Below are positions 9,206 through 18,025 of a stretch of 64,000 nucleotides of DNA, piece by piece. Where the stretch lies: positions 1,152,001 through 1,216,000 of the forward strand of contig CAVVCZ010000004.1 in NCBI GenBank assembly GCA_963746845.1. The letters run 5' to 3'. The notes under the pieces are model-generated. The model searched no databases, was not told the origin of the DNA, and saw nothing but the letters and a program-made list of their open reading frames with translations. Position numbers and translations under genes: made by a program. The stretch's first letter is position 1, and every line of letters begins with the position of its first letter. Source of the stretch: an uncultured Chloroflexia bacterium. Lineage in GTDB: Bacteria > Chloroflexota > Limnocylindria > Limnocylindrales > CSP1-4.

Positions 9206-11995
9206 CTACTTGTCCCGAGCCTCCGCACCGGCGAGGACCGCCTGGGCGGCGGCGAGGCGCGCGACCGGGACGCGGAACGGGGAGCACGACACGTAGTCGA
9301 GGCCGATCCGCTCGCACTTGAAGATCGAATCCGGGTCGCCGCCATGCTCGCCGCAGATCCCGAGCTCGAGATCCGGCTTCGTCGAGCGGCCCTTGTCGAC
9401 GGCGATCTTCATCAGCCCCGCGACCGCGTCGTCGAGCGTCTGGAACGGGTTGACCGGAAGGATCTTGTCCTCGACGTACTTCAGGAGGAAGCCGCCCTCG
9501 GCGTCGTCCCGGCTGTAGCCGAACGTCATCTGCGTGAGGTCATTCGTGCCGAAGCTGAAGAAATCGGCCTCGCGGGCGATCTCGTCGGCGGTCAGGGCGC
9601 CGCGCGGCACCTCGATCATCGTCCCGAACTTGTAGTCGACCTCGACGCCACCGGCGGCCTCGCGGACCGCGGTCGCCTCCTTCTCGAGGAGCGCGCGGGT
9701 CGCCGCCAGCTCGTTCACGTGCCCGACAAGCGGAATCATGATCTTCGCGATCGGGTTGACCCCGGCCGCCTTCACCGCGATCTCGGCGTTGAGGATCGCC
9801 CGGGTCTGGATCTTCACGAAGTCCGGGATCATCAGCCCGAGCCGGCAGCCGCGCAGGCCGAGCATCGGGTTCTGCTCGTGGAGGCTCCGGATCGTTGCGA
9901 GGAGCTCCTTGTCCTCCTCCGAGGCGCCCCCGTGCTCCTCGGCCCGGGTGACCTTGACGAGCTGCTCCTCGAGGTTCGGGAGGAACTCGTGGAGCGGCGG
10001 ATCGATCAGGCGGATGACGACCGGCAGGCCGTCCATCGCGCGGAAGATCCCCTCGAAGTCGCCCTGCTGGAGCACCTCGAGCTTCGCCATCGCGGCGTCG
10101 AACGTCGCGATGTCCTCCGACTCGTCCGGCGTCACCAGGCCGCCGGACGCGGCCTTCGCCTTCGCCCGCGTCGCGCGGTTCGCGACGAGGATCGCGCCGC
10201 GGACGATCTCGAGGCGATCGCCCTCGCGGAACATGTGCTCCGTCCGGCACAGGCCGATCCCCTGGGCGCCGTACGACCGGGCCTGGGCCGCCTCCTCGGG
10301 CTTGTCGGCGTTCGTCCAGACGCCCATCCGGCGGATCCCGTCCGCCCAGCCGAGGATCGTCTGGAGCTCGGGCTGGTCCTCGAACCGCGCCTCGACCGTC
10401 GGCAGCGCACCGACATACAGGGCGCCGGTCGTCCCGTCGAGGCTGACCCAGTCGCCCTCCCGGAACGAGGTCCCCGTGACCGCGCAGGTCGCGCCCTTCG
10501 CGGCATAGTCGATCATCAGGTCGGCGGAACCGGCGACGCACGGCTTGCCGATCTGGCGCGCGACGACCGCGGCATGCGACGTCGCGCCGCCGCGGGCCGT
10601 GATGATCCCCTGGCTCACCGCCATGCCGTGGAAGTCGTCCGGCGAGGTCTCGATCCGGACGAGGATCACCTTCTCGCCACGCTCCACCCACTCAACGGCC
10701 TCGTCGGCGCTGAAGACGGCCCGGCCGACGGCCGCGCCCGGCGACGCATTCAGCCCGTTGACGATCTTCTCCGCGTTCTTGAGCGCTTCCGGGTCGAAGG
10801 TCGCGCGTAGCAGCTGCTCGACGTGCGCCGGCTCGATCCGGGCGACGGCCTCGGCCTTCGTGATCGTTCCGTCCGCGACCATGTCGACTGCGATCCTCAC
10901 GGCAGCCGCGGCGGTCCGCTTGGCCGACCGCGTCTGGAGCATGTACAGGCGGCCCTTCTCGATCGTGAACTCGAGGTCCTGGACGTCGCGGTAGTGGGAC
11001 TCGAGCTGCTTGCCGATCCGGCGGAACTCGTCGTAGACGGCCGGCATGTCCTGGGCCATCTGGGCGATCTTCGGGGCGGTCCGGATCCCCGCGACGACGT
11101 CCTCGCCCTGGGCGTTCGTCAGGTACTCGCCGTAGAGGACGTTCTCGCCGGTGTTCGGGTCACGCGTGAACGCGACGCCGGTCCCGGAGTCGTCGCCCAT
11201 GTTGCCGAAGACCATCGTCACGACGTTCACCGCCGTCCCGAGGTCGTCGGCGATCTTGTTGAACTTCCGGTAGTCCCGCGCGCGCTGGCCGAACCAGCTC
11301 GCGAAGACCGCCTTGATCGCGAGGTCGAGCTGGTCGTTGGGGTCCGTCGGGAAGTCGCGCCCGGTGTCCTGCTTGACGACGGCCTTGAACGCGTCGACGA
11401 GGGCCCGGAGGTCGGCGACGTCGAGATCGGTGTCCTGGGCGGCGACGCCGTGGGCGGCCTTGCGCTCCTCGAGGAGCGCGTCGAACCGCTCGGCCTTCAC
11501 GTCCATGACGATCCGGCCGAACATCTGGATGAACCGCCGGTACGCGTCCCAGCCGAACCGCTCGTTGCCGGTCAGCGCGATCAGGCCGTGGAGTGTCTCG
11601 TCGTTGAGGCCCAGGTTGAGGACCGTGTCCATCATCCCCGGCATCGAGAACTTCGCGCCGGAACGGACGCTGACGAGCAACGGATTGGCAACGTCGCCGA
11701 ACCCCTTGCCGGACCGGCGCTCGACCTCGCGCATCGCGTCCTGGACGTCGTCCCAGAGCCCGTCCGGCAGGCGCTCGCCCGCGTCGAAGTAGTCGTTGCA
11801 GGCCTCCGTCGTGATCGTGAAGCCCGGGGGCGTCGGGAGGCCCGCGATCGTCATCTCGGCAAGCCCGGCGCCCTTGCCGCCGAGCAGGTCCTTCATCCCG
11901 CCGTTGCCTTCGGCGGCCCCTTCGCCCCAGGCGTAGATGTAGCGCTTCCGGGCGCGATGCGGACGGTCGGTCGAAGGCGCGGCGGTCGTGGCCAT
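9206..11995 (-). CDS. ppdK: Pyruvate, phosphate dikinase
   Basis: LLGGKGAGLAEM, SVRSGAKFSMPGMMDT, GGATSHAAVVAR, FSFGTNDLTQ, CGEHGG; ATG at 11995 with GAGGAG. Confidence 0.97.
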   Translation of the reverse strand: MATTAAPSTDRPHRARKRYIYAWGEGAAEGNGGMKDLLGGKGAGLAEMTIAGLPTPPGFTITTEACNDYFDAGERLPDGLWDDVQDAMREVERRSGKGFGDVANPLLVSVRSGAKFSMPGMMDTVLNLGLNDETLHGLIALTGNERFGWDAYRRFIQMFGRIVMDVKAERFDALLEERKAAHGVAAQDTDLDVADLRALVDAFKAVVKQDTGRDFPTDPNDQLDLAIKAVFASWFGQRARDYRKFNKIADDLGTAVNVVTMVFGNMGDDSGTGVAFTRDPNTGENVLYGEYLTNAQGEDVVAGIRTAPKIAQMAQDMPAVYDEFRRIGKQLESHYRDVQDLEFTIEKGRLYMLQTRSAKRTAAAAVRIAVDMVADGTITKAEAVARIEPAHVEQLLRATFDPEALKNAEKIVNGLNASPGAAVGRAVFSADEAVEWVERGEKVILVRIETSPDDFHGMAVSQGIITARGGATSHAAVVARQIGKPCVAGSADLMIDYAAKGATCAVTGTSFREGDWVSLDGTTGALYVGALPTVEARFEDQPELQTILGWADGIRRMGVWTNADKPEEAAQARSYGAQGIGLCRTEHMFREGDRLEIVRGAILVANRATRAKAKAASGGLVTPDESEDIATFDAAMAKLEVLQQGDFEGIFRAMDGLPVVIRLIDPPLHEFLPNLEEQLVKVTRAEEHGGASEEDKELLATIRSLHEQNPMLGLRGCRLGLMIPDFVKIQTRAILNAEIAVKAAGVNPIAKIMIPLVGHVNELAATRALLEKEATAVREAAGGVEVDYKFGTMIEVPRGALTADEIAREADFFSFGTNDLTQMTFGYSRDDAEGGFLLKYVEDKILPVNPFQTLDDAVAGLMKIAVDKGRSTKPDLELGICGEHGGDPDSIFKCERIGLDYVSCSPFRVPVARLAAAQAVLAGAEARDK

Positions 11996-12065
11996 CAGGA
12001 CAGGCTCCTCGGGGTCGGGGCGCCGCGCGTGAGCGGCGCGGGAACGCTCTTCAGTGCAGGGGCCG

Positions 12066-12071
12066 ATTGTA
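12066..12071 (-). promoter_or_regulatory. Putative -10 element (TACAAT) for ppdK-ndh
   Basis: TACAAT on the minus strand ~70 nt upstream of the ppdK start. Confidence 0.4.
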
Positions 12072-12209
12072 CGCGTGACCCCCGCGGATCTCGGGTTGCG
12101 GAACGGTTTCGGGTGGCGAAGGCGGACGCTCACGCGCGACGCGTCGCGAGCCACCGGCTGCGGGCGCGGGCCGTGCGGGCCCTCGGGCGCGGGGTACCAT
12201 CGCCCCGCG

Positions 12210-13022
12210 ATGACCAAACCGACGACCGCGCCCGCACCGATCCTCGCGGAGGCGCCGGTCTACAACGCGAGCCTCATCCGGCGCGTCGACGAGACGGAGT
12301 CCCTGGCCTACTTCTGGGTCCGCTTCGACGGTGACCCGACGCCGTTCGAGCCCGGCCAGTACATGACGATCGGGGTCATGGCCGGCGAGCGGATGATCCA
12401 GCGGCCCTATTCCGTCGCCTCCCCGCCCGCCGTCGCCGGGACCGAGGGCTACGAGTTCTACGTGCGATGCGTCCAGGGCGGCCTGTTCACCCCGATCCTG
12501 TTCGACCTGCCGGTCGGCCACCGGATGCGGATGATCGGCCCGAAGGGCAAGTTCATGCTCCTCCCGAATGACGAGCGGACGCACATCTTCATCTCGTCCG
12601 GGACCGGCAACGCGCCGTTCGTCTCGATGATGCGGCAGCTCATGCTCGACGGGCGGCCGCGGCCCGCGGTGTTCCTCAACGGCGTCTCGTACGCCTCCGA
12701 GCTGGGCTATCGCGAGCGGGTCGAGGGCTGGGAGCGGAGCGGCGAGTACCCGGTCCGGTTCATCCCGACCGTCTCCCGGCCGAGCGATCCGTCGAATGCG
12801 GGCTGGACCGGACGGACCGGCCGCGTGGAGTCGATCCTTGCGCCGGTCCTCGAGGAGCTCGGCCTGTCGCCGGCGAACTCGATCGCCTACATCTGCGGCA
12901 ACCCGGACATGATCGTGTCGGCCGAGGAGACCCTGCTCGCCCGCGGCTACCCCGAGGACCAGGTCCACAAGGAGCTCTACTGGCCGAAGGGCAAGACCGC
13001 GACGCTGCCGGCCGCGGACTGA
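12210..13022 (+). CDS. Ferredoxin--NADP(+) reductase-like FAD-binding oxidoreductase
   Basis: FEPGQY, RPYSVAS, GTGNAPF, YICGNPDM, terminal ELYW. Confidence 0.88.
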   Translation: MTKPTTAPAPILAEAPVYNASLIRRVDETESLAYFWVRFDGDPTPFEPGQYMTIGVMAGERMIQRPYSVASPPAVAGTEGYEFYVRCVQGGLFTPILFDLPVGHRMRMIGPKGKFMLLPNDERTHIFISSGTGNAPFVSMMRQLMLDGRPRPAVFLNGVSYASELGYRERVEGWERSGEYPVRFIPTVSRPSDPSNAGWTGRTGRVESILAPVLEELGLSPANSIAYICGNPDMIVSAEETLLARGYPEDQVHKELYWPKGKTATLPAAD

Positions 13023-13193
13023 CCGGCGCCGTGCTCCGGCGCCGCCGACACCCAGGCCCCGCGCTCCGTCAGGCACCGTGGCGACCGGGGACCGGCCCCC
13101 GGGGATGGTGACCTTCGGCCCCCCAATTCCGTGCGGGACGGGCCATGAGGCAGGAGCCCCGATGCGCGAGCATCGGACTCGGAAGGTCGTGCC

Positions 13194-14072
13194 GTGCACC
13201 GGATCGTCTCGAAGGACCAGCTCTCGCCGAACGTGACCCGGCTCGTGATCGATGCGCCGCGGATTGCCGCGATCCGCCGGCCGGGGCAATTCGTCATCGT
13301 CCACCACGGTCCGGGAGCCGAACGGATCCCGCTGACGATCGCCGATTCGGATCCCGAAGCCGGCACGATCAGCCTGGTGATCCAGTCGGTCGGGAAGAGC
13401 ACCGCAGACCTCGTCGAGCTGGAGCCGGACGAGGCCGTCGCCGACGTGGCCGGCCCGCTCGGTCGCCCCACGGATCTGATCGACACCGGACGCGCGGTCT
13501 GCGTGGGCGGCGGCGTCGGCACCGCGGTGATCCTGCCGATCGCCCGGGAGCTGCATCGCCGGGGCGTGTCGGTCACGAGCATCGTCGGCGGCCGATCGCG
13601 TGAGTGGGTCATCCTCGAATCCGAGCTCGCGGCGGCCGGAGCTGTCGTCCCCTGCACAGACGACGGCAGCTACGGCCGGCCGGGATTCGTCACGGAGGCG
13701 CTCGCGGACGTGCTCGCCGGCGGCGGCGTCACGGCGGTCTACGCGGTCGGACCAGTGCCGATGATGCGGGCCGTCGCCGCCGTCACCGGGCCGCTGGGCG
13801 TTCCCACGGTCGTCTCGCTCAATCCGGTCATGGTCGATGGGACCGGCATGTGCGGCGGCTGTCGGGTCACGGTCGACGGGCAGACACGCTACGCGTGCGT
13901 CGACGGGCCTGAGTTCGACGCCGCCCTCGTCGACTTCGCGGAGCTCGCCGACCGGCTGACAACCTACCGCGACTTCGAGCGAGATGCACTGGCCCGTCGC
14001 GAGCCATGCCACGTCGGGCTCCGGCAGCCCTCCGCGACGATCGCACCGGCCGCTTCGGGAGCCGGCCGATGA
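13194..14072 (+). CDS. nfnA: NfnA/SudB-type subunit (FAD, [2Fe-2S]) of electron-bifurcating transhydrogenase
   Basis: PGQFVI, ERIPLTI, GPLG, GGGVG, GPVPMM, MVDGTGMCGGC, CVDGPEF. Confidence 0.85.
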   Translation: MHRIVSKDQLSPNVTRLVIDAPRIAAIRRPGQFVIVHHGPGAERIPLTIADSDPEAGTISLVIQSVGKSTADLVELEPDEAVADVAGPLGRPTDLIDTGRAVCVGGGVGTAVILPIARELHRRGVSVTSIVGGRSREWVILESELAAAGAVVPCTDDGSYGRPGFVTEALADVLAGGGVTAVYAVGPVPMMRAVAAVTGPLGVPTVVSLNPVMVDGTGMCGGCRVTVDGQTRYACVDGPEFDAALVDFAELADRLTTYRDFERDALARREPCHVGLRQPSATIAPAASGAGR

Positions 14073-15604
14073 CCGAGCCGCGCGAGCCAATGACCACGCC
14101 GGCCGGGCAGGAGGCCGCGCCGGAGCGGCCGCCGCTCACCCAGAAGGAGCGGATGGCGATCGACCGGGTGGCGATGCCCGAGCAGAACGCCGGCCTCCGC
14201 GCGACGAACTTCCGCGAGGTCAACCTCGGGCTGACCTATCAGCTCGCGATGCTCGAGGCGGAGCGCTGCCTTCAGTGCCCGAAGCCCTACTGCATCGACG
14301 GCTGCCCGGTCCGGGTGAACATCCCCCGCTTCATCAAGCTTCTTCGCGAGGGTGACCTCCCGGCCGCCGCCGAGTCGCTTCTGGACGACAACGCCCTCCC
14401 GTGCGTCACCGGGCGGGTCTGCCCGCAGGAGAGCCAGTGCGAGGGCGTCTGCCTCCGCGGGAAGAAGGGCAAGTCGGTCGCGATCGGCAGCCTCGAGCGA
14501 TTCGTCGCGGACTGGGCCCAGGCCCATCCGGGAGACCTGCCCGCCCACCAGGTGGCGACGAACGGGCGGAGCGTCGGGATCGTGGGCTCCGGTCCGGCTG
14601 GCCTGACGGCGGCCGGCGAGCTCGCCAAGGCCGGCTACGAGGTGACGATCTTCGAGGCATTCCATGCCCCGGGCGGGGTGCTGATCTACGGGATCCCGGA
14701 GTTCCGCCTGCCGAAGGACATCGTCCAGGCCGAGGTCGACCGGCTCGTCGCCGAGGGAGTCACGATCGAGGCGAACGCGATCATCGGCCGGACGTTCACG
14801 ATGGCCGAGCTGCGGGAACGGTTCGACGCCCTGTTCATCGCCGTCGGGGCAGGCCTGCCGGTCTTCATGGACATCCCGGGCGAGAACTTCAAGGGCGTCT
14901 ACTCGGCGAACGAGTACCTGACCCGGGTCAACCTGATGGGCGCGTGGCACGAGTCCGACACGCCGGTCCTTCATGGGCAGCGCGTCGTGGTCGTGGGCGG
15001 CGGCAACGTCGCGATGGACAGTGTCCGAACGGCGCGACGGCTGGGCGCCGCGGAGGCCACGATCGTCTACCGGCGGGGCGCCGAGGAGCTGCCCGCCCGG
15101 GCCGAGGAGGTCCACCACGCCCATGACGAGGGTGTGGCGTTCGAGTTCCTGGCGGCGCCCGTCGAAGTCCTCGGGTCGGAGGACCGTTGGGTTCGTGCCG
15201 TCCGCTGCGTGCGGATGGAGCTCGGTGAGCCCGATGCCTCGGGCCGCCGCCGGCCGGTGCCCGTCCCCGGCTCGGAGTTCGAGATCCCGTGCGATGTGCT
15301 CGTGGTCGCGATCGGCACACGATCGAACCCGCTGCTGACCGCCTCGACGCCGGAGCTGTCGATCAACGAATGGGGCTACATCACCACCGATGAGCACGGG
15401 ATGACGAGCATGCCGGGCGTCTTCGCCGGCGGCGACATCGTCCGAGGGGCCGCGACCGTCATCCTGGCGATGGGCGACGGCAAGCGGGCGGCTGCGTCAA
15501 TCGATTCGTGGCTGCGCGGCGTCTGGCCGCCGGTCGTCGAGGAGCCGCCGCCGACCGGACACACGGCCAATGCCGCACCGAAGGTCTCTGCGGCCACCGG
15601 CTGA
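14069..15604 (+). CDS. nfnB: NfnB/SudA-type subunit (GltD-like, two [4Fe-4S])
   Basis: ATGA overlap with nfnA; CLQCPKPYCIDGCP, GRVCPQESQCEGVC, GSGPAG, YGIPEFRLP, GGGNVAMD, FAGGD; no gltB nearby. Confidence 0.85.
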   Translation: MTEPREPMTTPAGQEAAPERPPLTQKERMAIDRVAMPEQNAGLRATNFREVNLGLTYQLAMLEAERCLQCPKPYCIDGCPVRVNIPRFIKLLREGDLPAAAESLLDDNALPCVTGRVCPQESQCEGVCLRGKKGKSVAIGSLERFVADWAQAHPGDLPAHQVATNGRSVGIVGSGPAGLTAAGELAKAGYEVTIFEAFHAPGGVLIYGIPEFRLPKDIVQAEVDRLVAEGVTIEANAIIGRTFTMAELRERFDALFIAVGAGLPVFMDIPGENFKGVYSANEYLTRVNLMGAWHESDTPVLHGQRVVVVGGGNVAMDSVRTARRLGAAEATIVYRRGAEELPARAEEVHHAHDEGVAFEFLAAPVEVLGSEDRWVRAVRCVRMELGEPDASGRRRPVPVPGSEFEIPCDVLVVAIGTRSNPLLTASTPELSINEWGYITTDEHGMTSMPGVFAGGDIVRGAATVILAMGDGKRAAASIDSWLRGVWPPVVEEPPPTGHTANAAPKVSAATG

Positions 15605-15615
15605 ACGGCGGCGCT

Positions 15616-15659
15616 TCAGCCGAACAGGTCGAGCTGGCCGAACCCGGGCGCTCTCTCGA
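15616..15659 (-). pseudogene. Remnant copy of the 3' end of ogt
   Basis: 34/44 nt identical to 16019-16062 by hand alignment; encodes ERAPGFGQLDLFG* versus EGAPRFTQLALFG*. Confidence 0.55.
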
Positions 15660-15660
15660 C

Positions 15661-15711
15661 GAGGTCTCCACCTGCAACGTCCTGTGCTCGTGCTGGGTCG
15701 GCGAAGACCGG
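15661..15711 (+). pseudogene. Fragment of a DUF1326-like Cys-motif gene
   Basis: EVSTCNVLCSCWVGEDR resembles the recalled N-terminal motif ExCxCxxxCPCWxGEDP; no start context or continuation. Confidence 0.45.
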
Positions 15712-16018
15712 TCGGTGACGTCGCTCGCGGTCGAGTCCCGGAGCCACCTTGGTGGCGGCGATGATCGCGGAGCTCGTAAAGCCTAGGGGCGTGGCGACGG
15801 ACCCGGAGGCGGCTCGGATGCGGCCGGCGAGCTCGAGAAGCTGTAATTCCGGAAGGTGTCGTTGCCCGTGACCTCCGCCCAACCGGCGACGACCACGCGA
15901 TCAGCGCTTGCCGCGACATCGACTCTGCAGGTTCGTCACGTCGATGGAACGCAGAGGGACGCGTCCTTGTTACAGAGCCCATTTGGTTGATCGGATGACC
16001 GGAGGTCCGGGCGGGGGC

Positions 16019-16561
16019 TTAGCCGAAGAGGGCGAGCTGCGTGAATCGCGGCGCTCCCTCGAGCTCCAGCATCCGCCGCTTGGTCGCGATGCCACCCGGG
16101 GCGGAGAAGCCGGTCAACGCACCGTTGGCGGCAACGACGCGATGGCACGGCACGAGGATCGGAAACGGGTTCCGCGCGAGCGCGGCCCCGACGGCCCTGG
16201 CCCCGTCCGGAGCGGGGGCGCCGATCGCGCGGGCGATCTCCCCGTACGTGGCCGTGGTGCCGGGCCGAATCGTCTGCGTAGCTGCGTAGACCTGGCGTCG
16301 AAAGGAGTCGATCCCTGACTCGTCGAGCGCGATCGATCGGACATCGGGTGCACGGCCTTCCAACACGCCGACGATCCCGTCGATCGCCATCCGGATGGCG
16401 GCCGGGACCGAACCGCGTCGATCGCAGACGTGGGGCAGCTCCGACACCCGAGGGCCGGGCAGCCGGACACTCGCGATCCCCTGGCCCGTCCAGCGCACGG
16501 CGCACGTCCCGAGCGGCGTGTCGAAGGCAATGATCCCCGGTTCCATCGCGTCCATCGTCAT
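16019..16561 (-). CDS. ogt: Methylated-DNA--protein-cysteine methyltransferase
   Basis: TYGEIA, ARAVG, NP, active site PCHRV, GGIATKRRML. Confidence 0.93.
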   Translation of the reverse strand: MTMDAMEPGIIAFDTPLGTCAVRWTGQGIASVRLPGPRVSELPHVCDRRGSVPAAIRMAIDGIVGVLEGRAPDVRSIALDESGIDSFRRQVYAATQTIRPGTTATYGEIARAIGAPAPDGARAVGAALARNPFPILVPCHRVVAANGALTGFSAPGGIATKRRMLELEGAPRFTQLALFG

Positions 16562-16568
16562 CCGGAAC

Positions 16569-16587
16569 CCTGTCAGGGAGTGACAGG
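16569..16587. promoter_or_regulatory. Palindromic operator candidate CCTGTCA-N5-TGACAGG
   Basis: Perfect 7-5-7 inverted repeat 7 nt upstream of the ogt ATG. Confidence 0.4.
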
Positions 16588-16877
16588 TTGCATCCGAACG
16601 GGCTGAGTCGCGACGCGACTCGAACGGGCAGTCGGCACGGGCTTGACAGGCGTCGTGACGTTTCGGTCATCCGACCGAGATCGGTCGATCGACCGACCGA
16701 CAGCGGCGGACGGGAACGGAGACGGGAGAGACCGCCATGGCCTACGACGGCACGCCACTACGGCTCCAGGCGCTGAAGCGCGACGTCGAGGAGCTCTCGA
16801 TCGGCGACGAGCGAGGCGGCGAGTGTCGCGCTCGGAGTGTATGTCGCGTCCAGACCGGAAAGGGTTCCCGCGATGCC

Positions 16878-18017
16878 TCAGGCGGCGCCGAATCGGTCGG
16901 CGCGGAACGCGTCGATCGGCCAGGTCGTGGCGCGATCCAGGACGAGGTCGGCGAGGATCTCGCCCACGACCGGCGCGAACTTGAAGCCGTGGCCGGAGCA
17001 GGCGGACGCGAAGGCGACGCCCGGCGCCGCGGGATGGCGGTCGATGACGAACTGCTCGTCGGGGGTGTTCGTGTACAGGCAGACGCGGGCGTTCGCGAGC
17101 GGGCCGTTCGCCTCGGGCATCCGGACGTGCGTCCACGCCCGGATCCGCTCGATCTCGGCCTCGCCGACCGTCCGGTCGATCTCGTCCGGGTCGCCGAACG
17201 TCCCCCAGTGGTGGATCGACACCTTGAGCCCGACCTCCGGGTCGTGCCGGATGCCGTAGTACGCGGTGCCGTCCTCGACCAGCACCCAGATCGGCAGCCG
17301 GTCCGCCGCGACGCTCGGGGGGTCGACCGTCGGCGTGAACCAGCACGGGCATTCGCGCTCCACCCGGAGCGGCAGCCGGAGATCGGGCACGAGATCGCCG
17401 ATCCAGGGACCCGCCGTGAGGACCAGGTGCTCCCCGCCGACCACCGAGCCGCCGGCGTCCTCGACCTCGAACCCGCCACCCGCCGCCCGTCGCCAGTCGA
17501 CGACCCGGCGACCGAACCGCAGGTCCGCGCCAACCCGTTCCGCCACCTCCAGATGGGCGGCGTTCGCGCGGTCCGCATGGAGCATCCCCGCCTTCGCCTC
17601 GAGGATCGCGAGCGTGTCATCGGCGGGCCGGAAGATCGGCCATCGGCGGTGGATCTCGGCCGCGTCCAGCACCTCGTGCGCCAGCCCGTGGCGGATCGCG
17701 CCCTCGCGCGACCCTTCCACGACCGGGTCGCCCGGTGGGCCGCCGTACAGGCCGCCCGTCTCCTGGAGCAGCGTCGTCCCGACCTCGTCCCCGAGGGCGA
17801 GCCAGCGATCCCACGATGCCTCGGCGAGCGGGACGAGCCCGGGATCCTCGTAGTGGCTGATCCGGATCATCCGGGACCAGCCGCCGGACGACCCGTACGC
17901 CTCGCCGCGCCCGAACCGCTCCAGCCCGACGACCCGCAACCCCCGACGCCCGAGCGCGGCCGCAGCCGCCGATCCGTGAGCGCCCAGCCCGACGACGATG
18001 GCATCGAACGTGTCCAT
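16878..18017 (-). CDS. solA: N-methyl-L-tryptophan oxidase / monomeric sarcosine oxidase
   Basis: GLGAHGS, GSSGGWSRMIR, CLYTNTPD (covalent-FAD Cys), CSGHGFKF; ATG at 18017. Confidence 0.88.
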   Translation of the reverse strand: MDTFDAIVVGLGAHGSAAAAALGRRGLRVVGLERFGRGEAYGSSGGWSRMIRISHYEDPGLVPLAEASWDRWLALGDEVGTTLLQETGGLYGGPPGDPVVEGSREGAIRHGLAHEVLDAAEIHRRWPIFRPADDTLAILEAKAGMLHADRANAAHLEVAERVGADLRFGRRVVDWRRAAGGGFEVEDAGGSVVGGEHLVLTAGPWIGDLVPDLRLPLRVERECPCWFTPTVDPPSVAADRLPIWVLVEDGTAYYGIRHDPEVGLKVSIHHWGTFGDPDEIDRTVGEAEIERIRAWTHVRMPEANGPLANARVCLYTNTPDEQFVIDRHPAAPGVAFASACSGHGFKFAPVVGEILADLVLDRATTWPIDAFRADRFGAA

Positions 18018-18025
18018 GGCGCGAG

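Noticed and set aside
14069-15604. Glutamate synthase small subunit (gltD)
   Set aside because: No gltB nearby and it is coupled to an NfnA-type gene, so NfnB is the better call
16737-16830. Short + strand ORF start MAYDGTPLRLQALKRDVEEL after GGGAGAG
   Set aside because: Runs antisense into solA with no recognisable family; may be a gene remnant but cannot be supported
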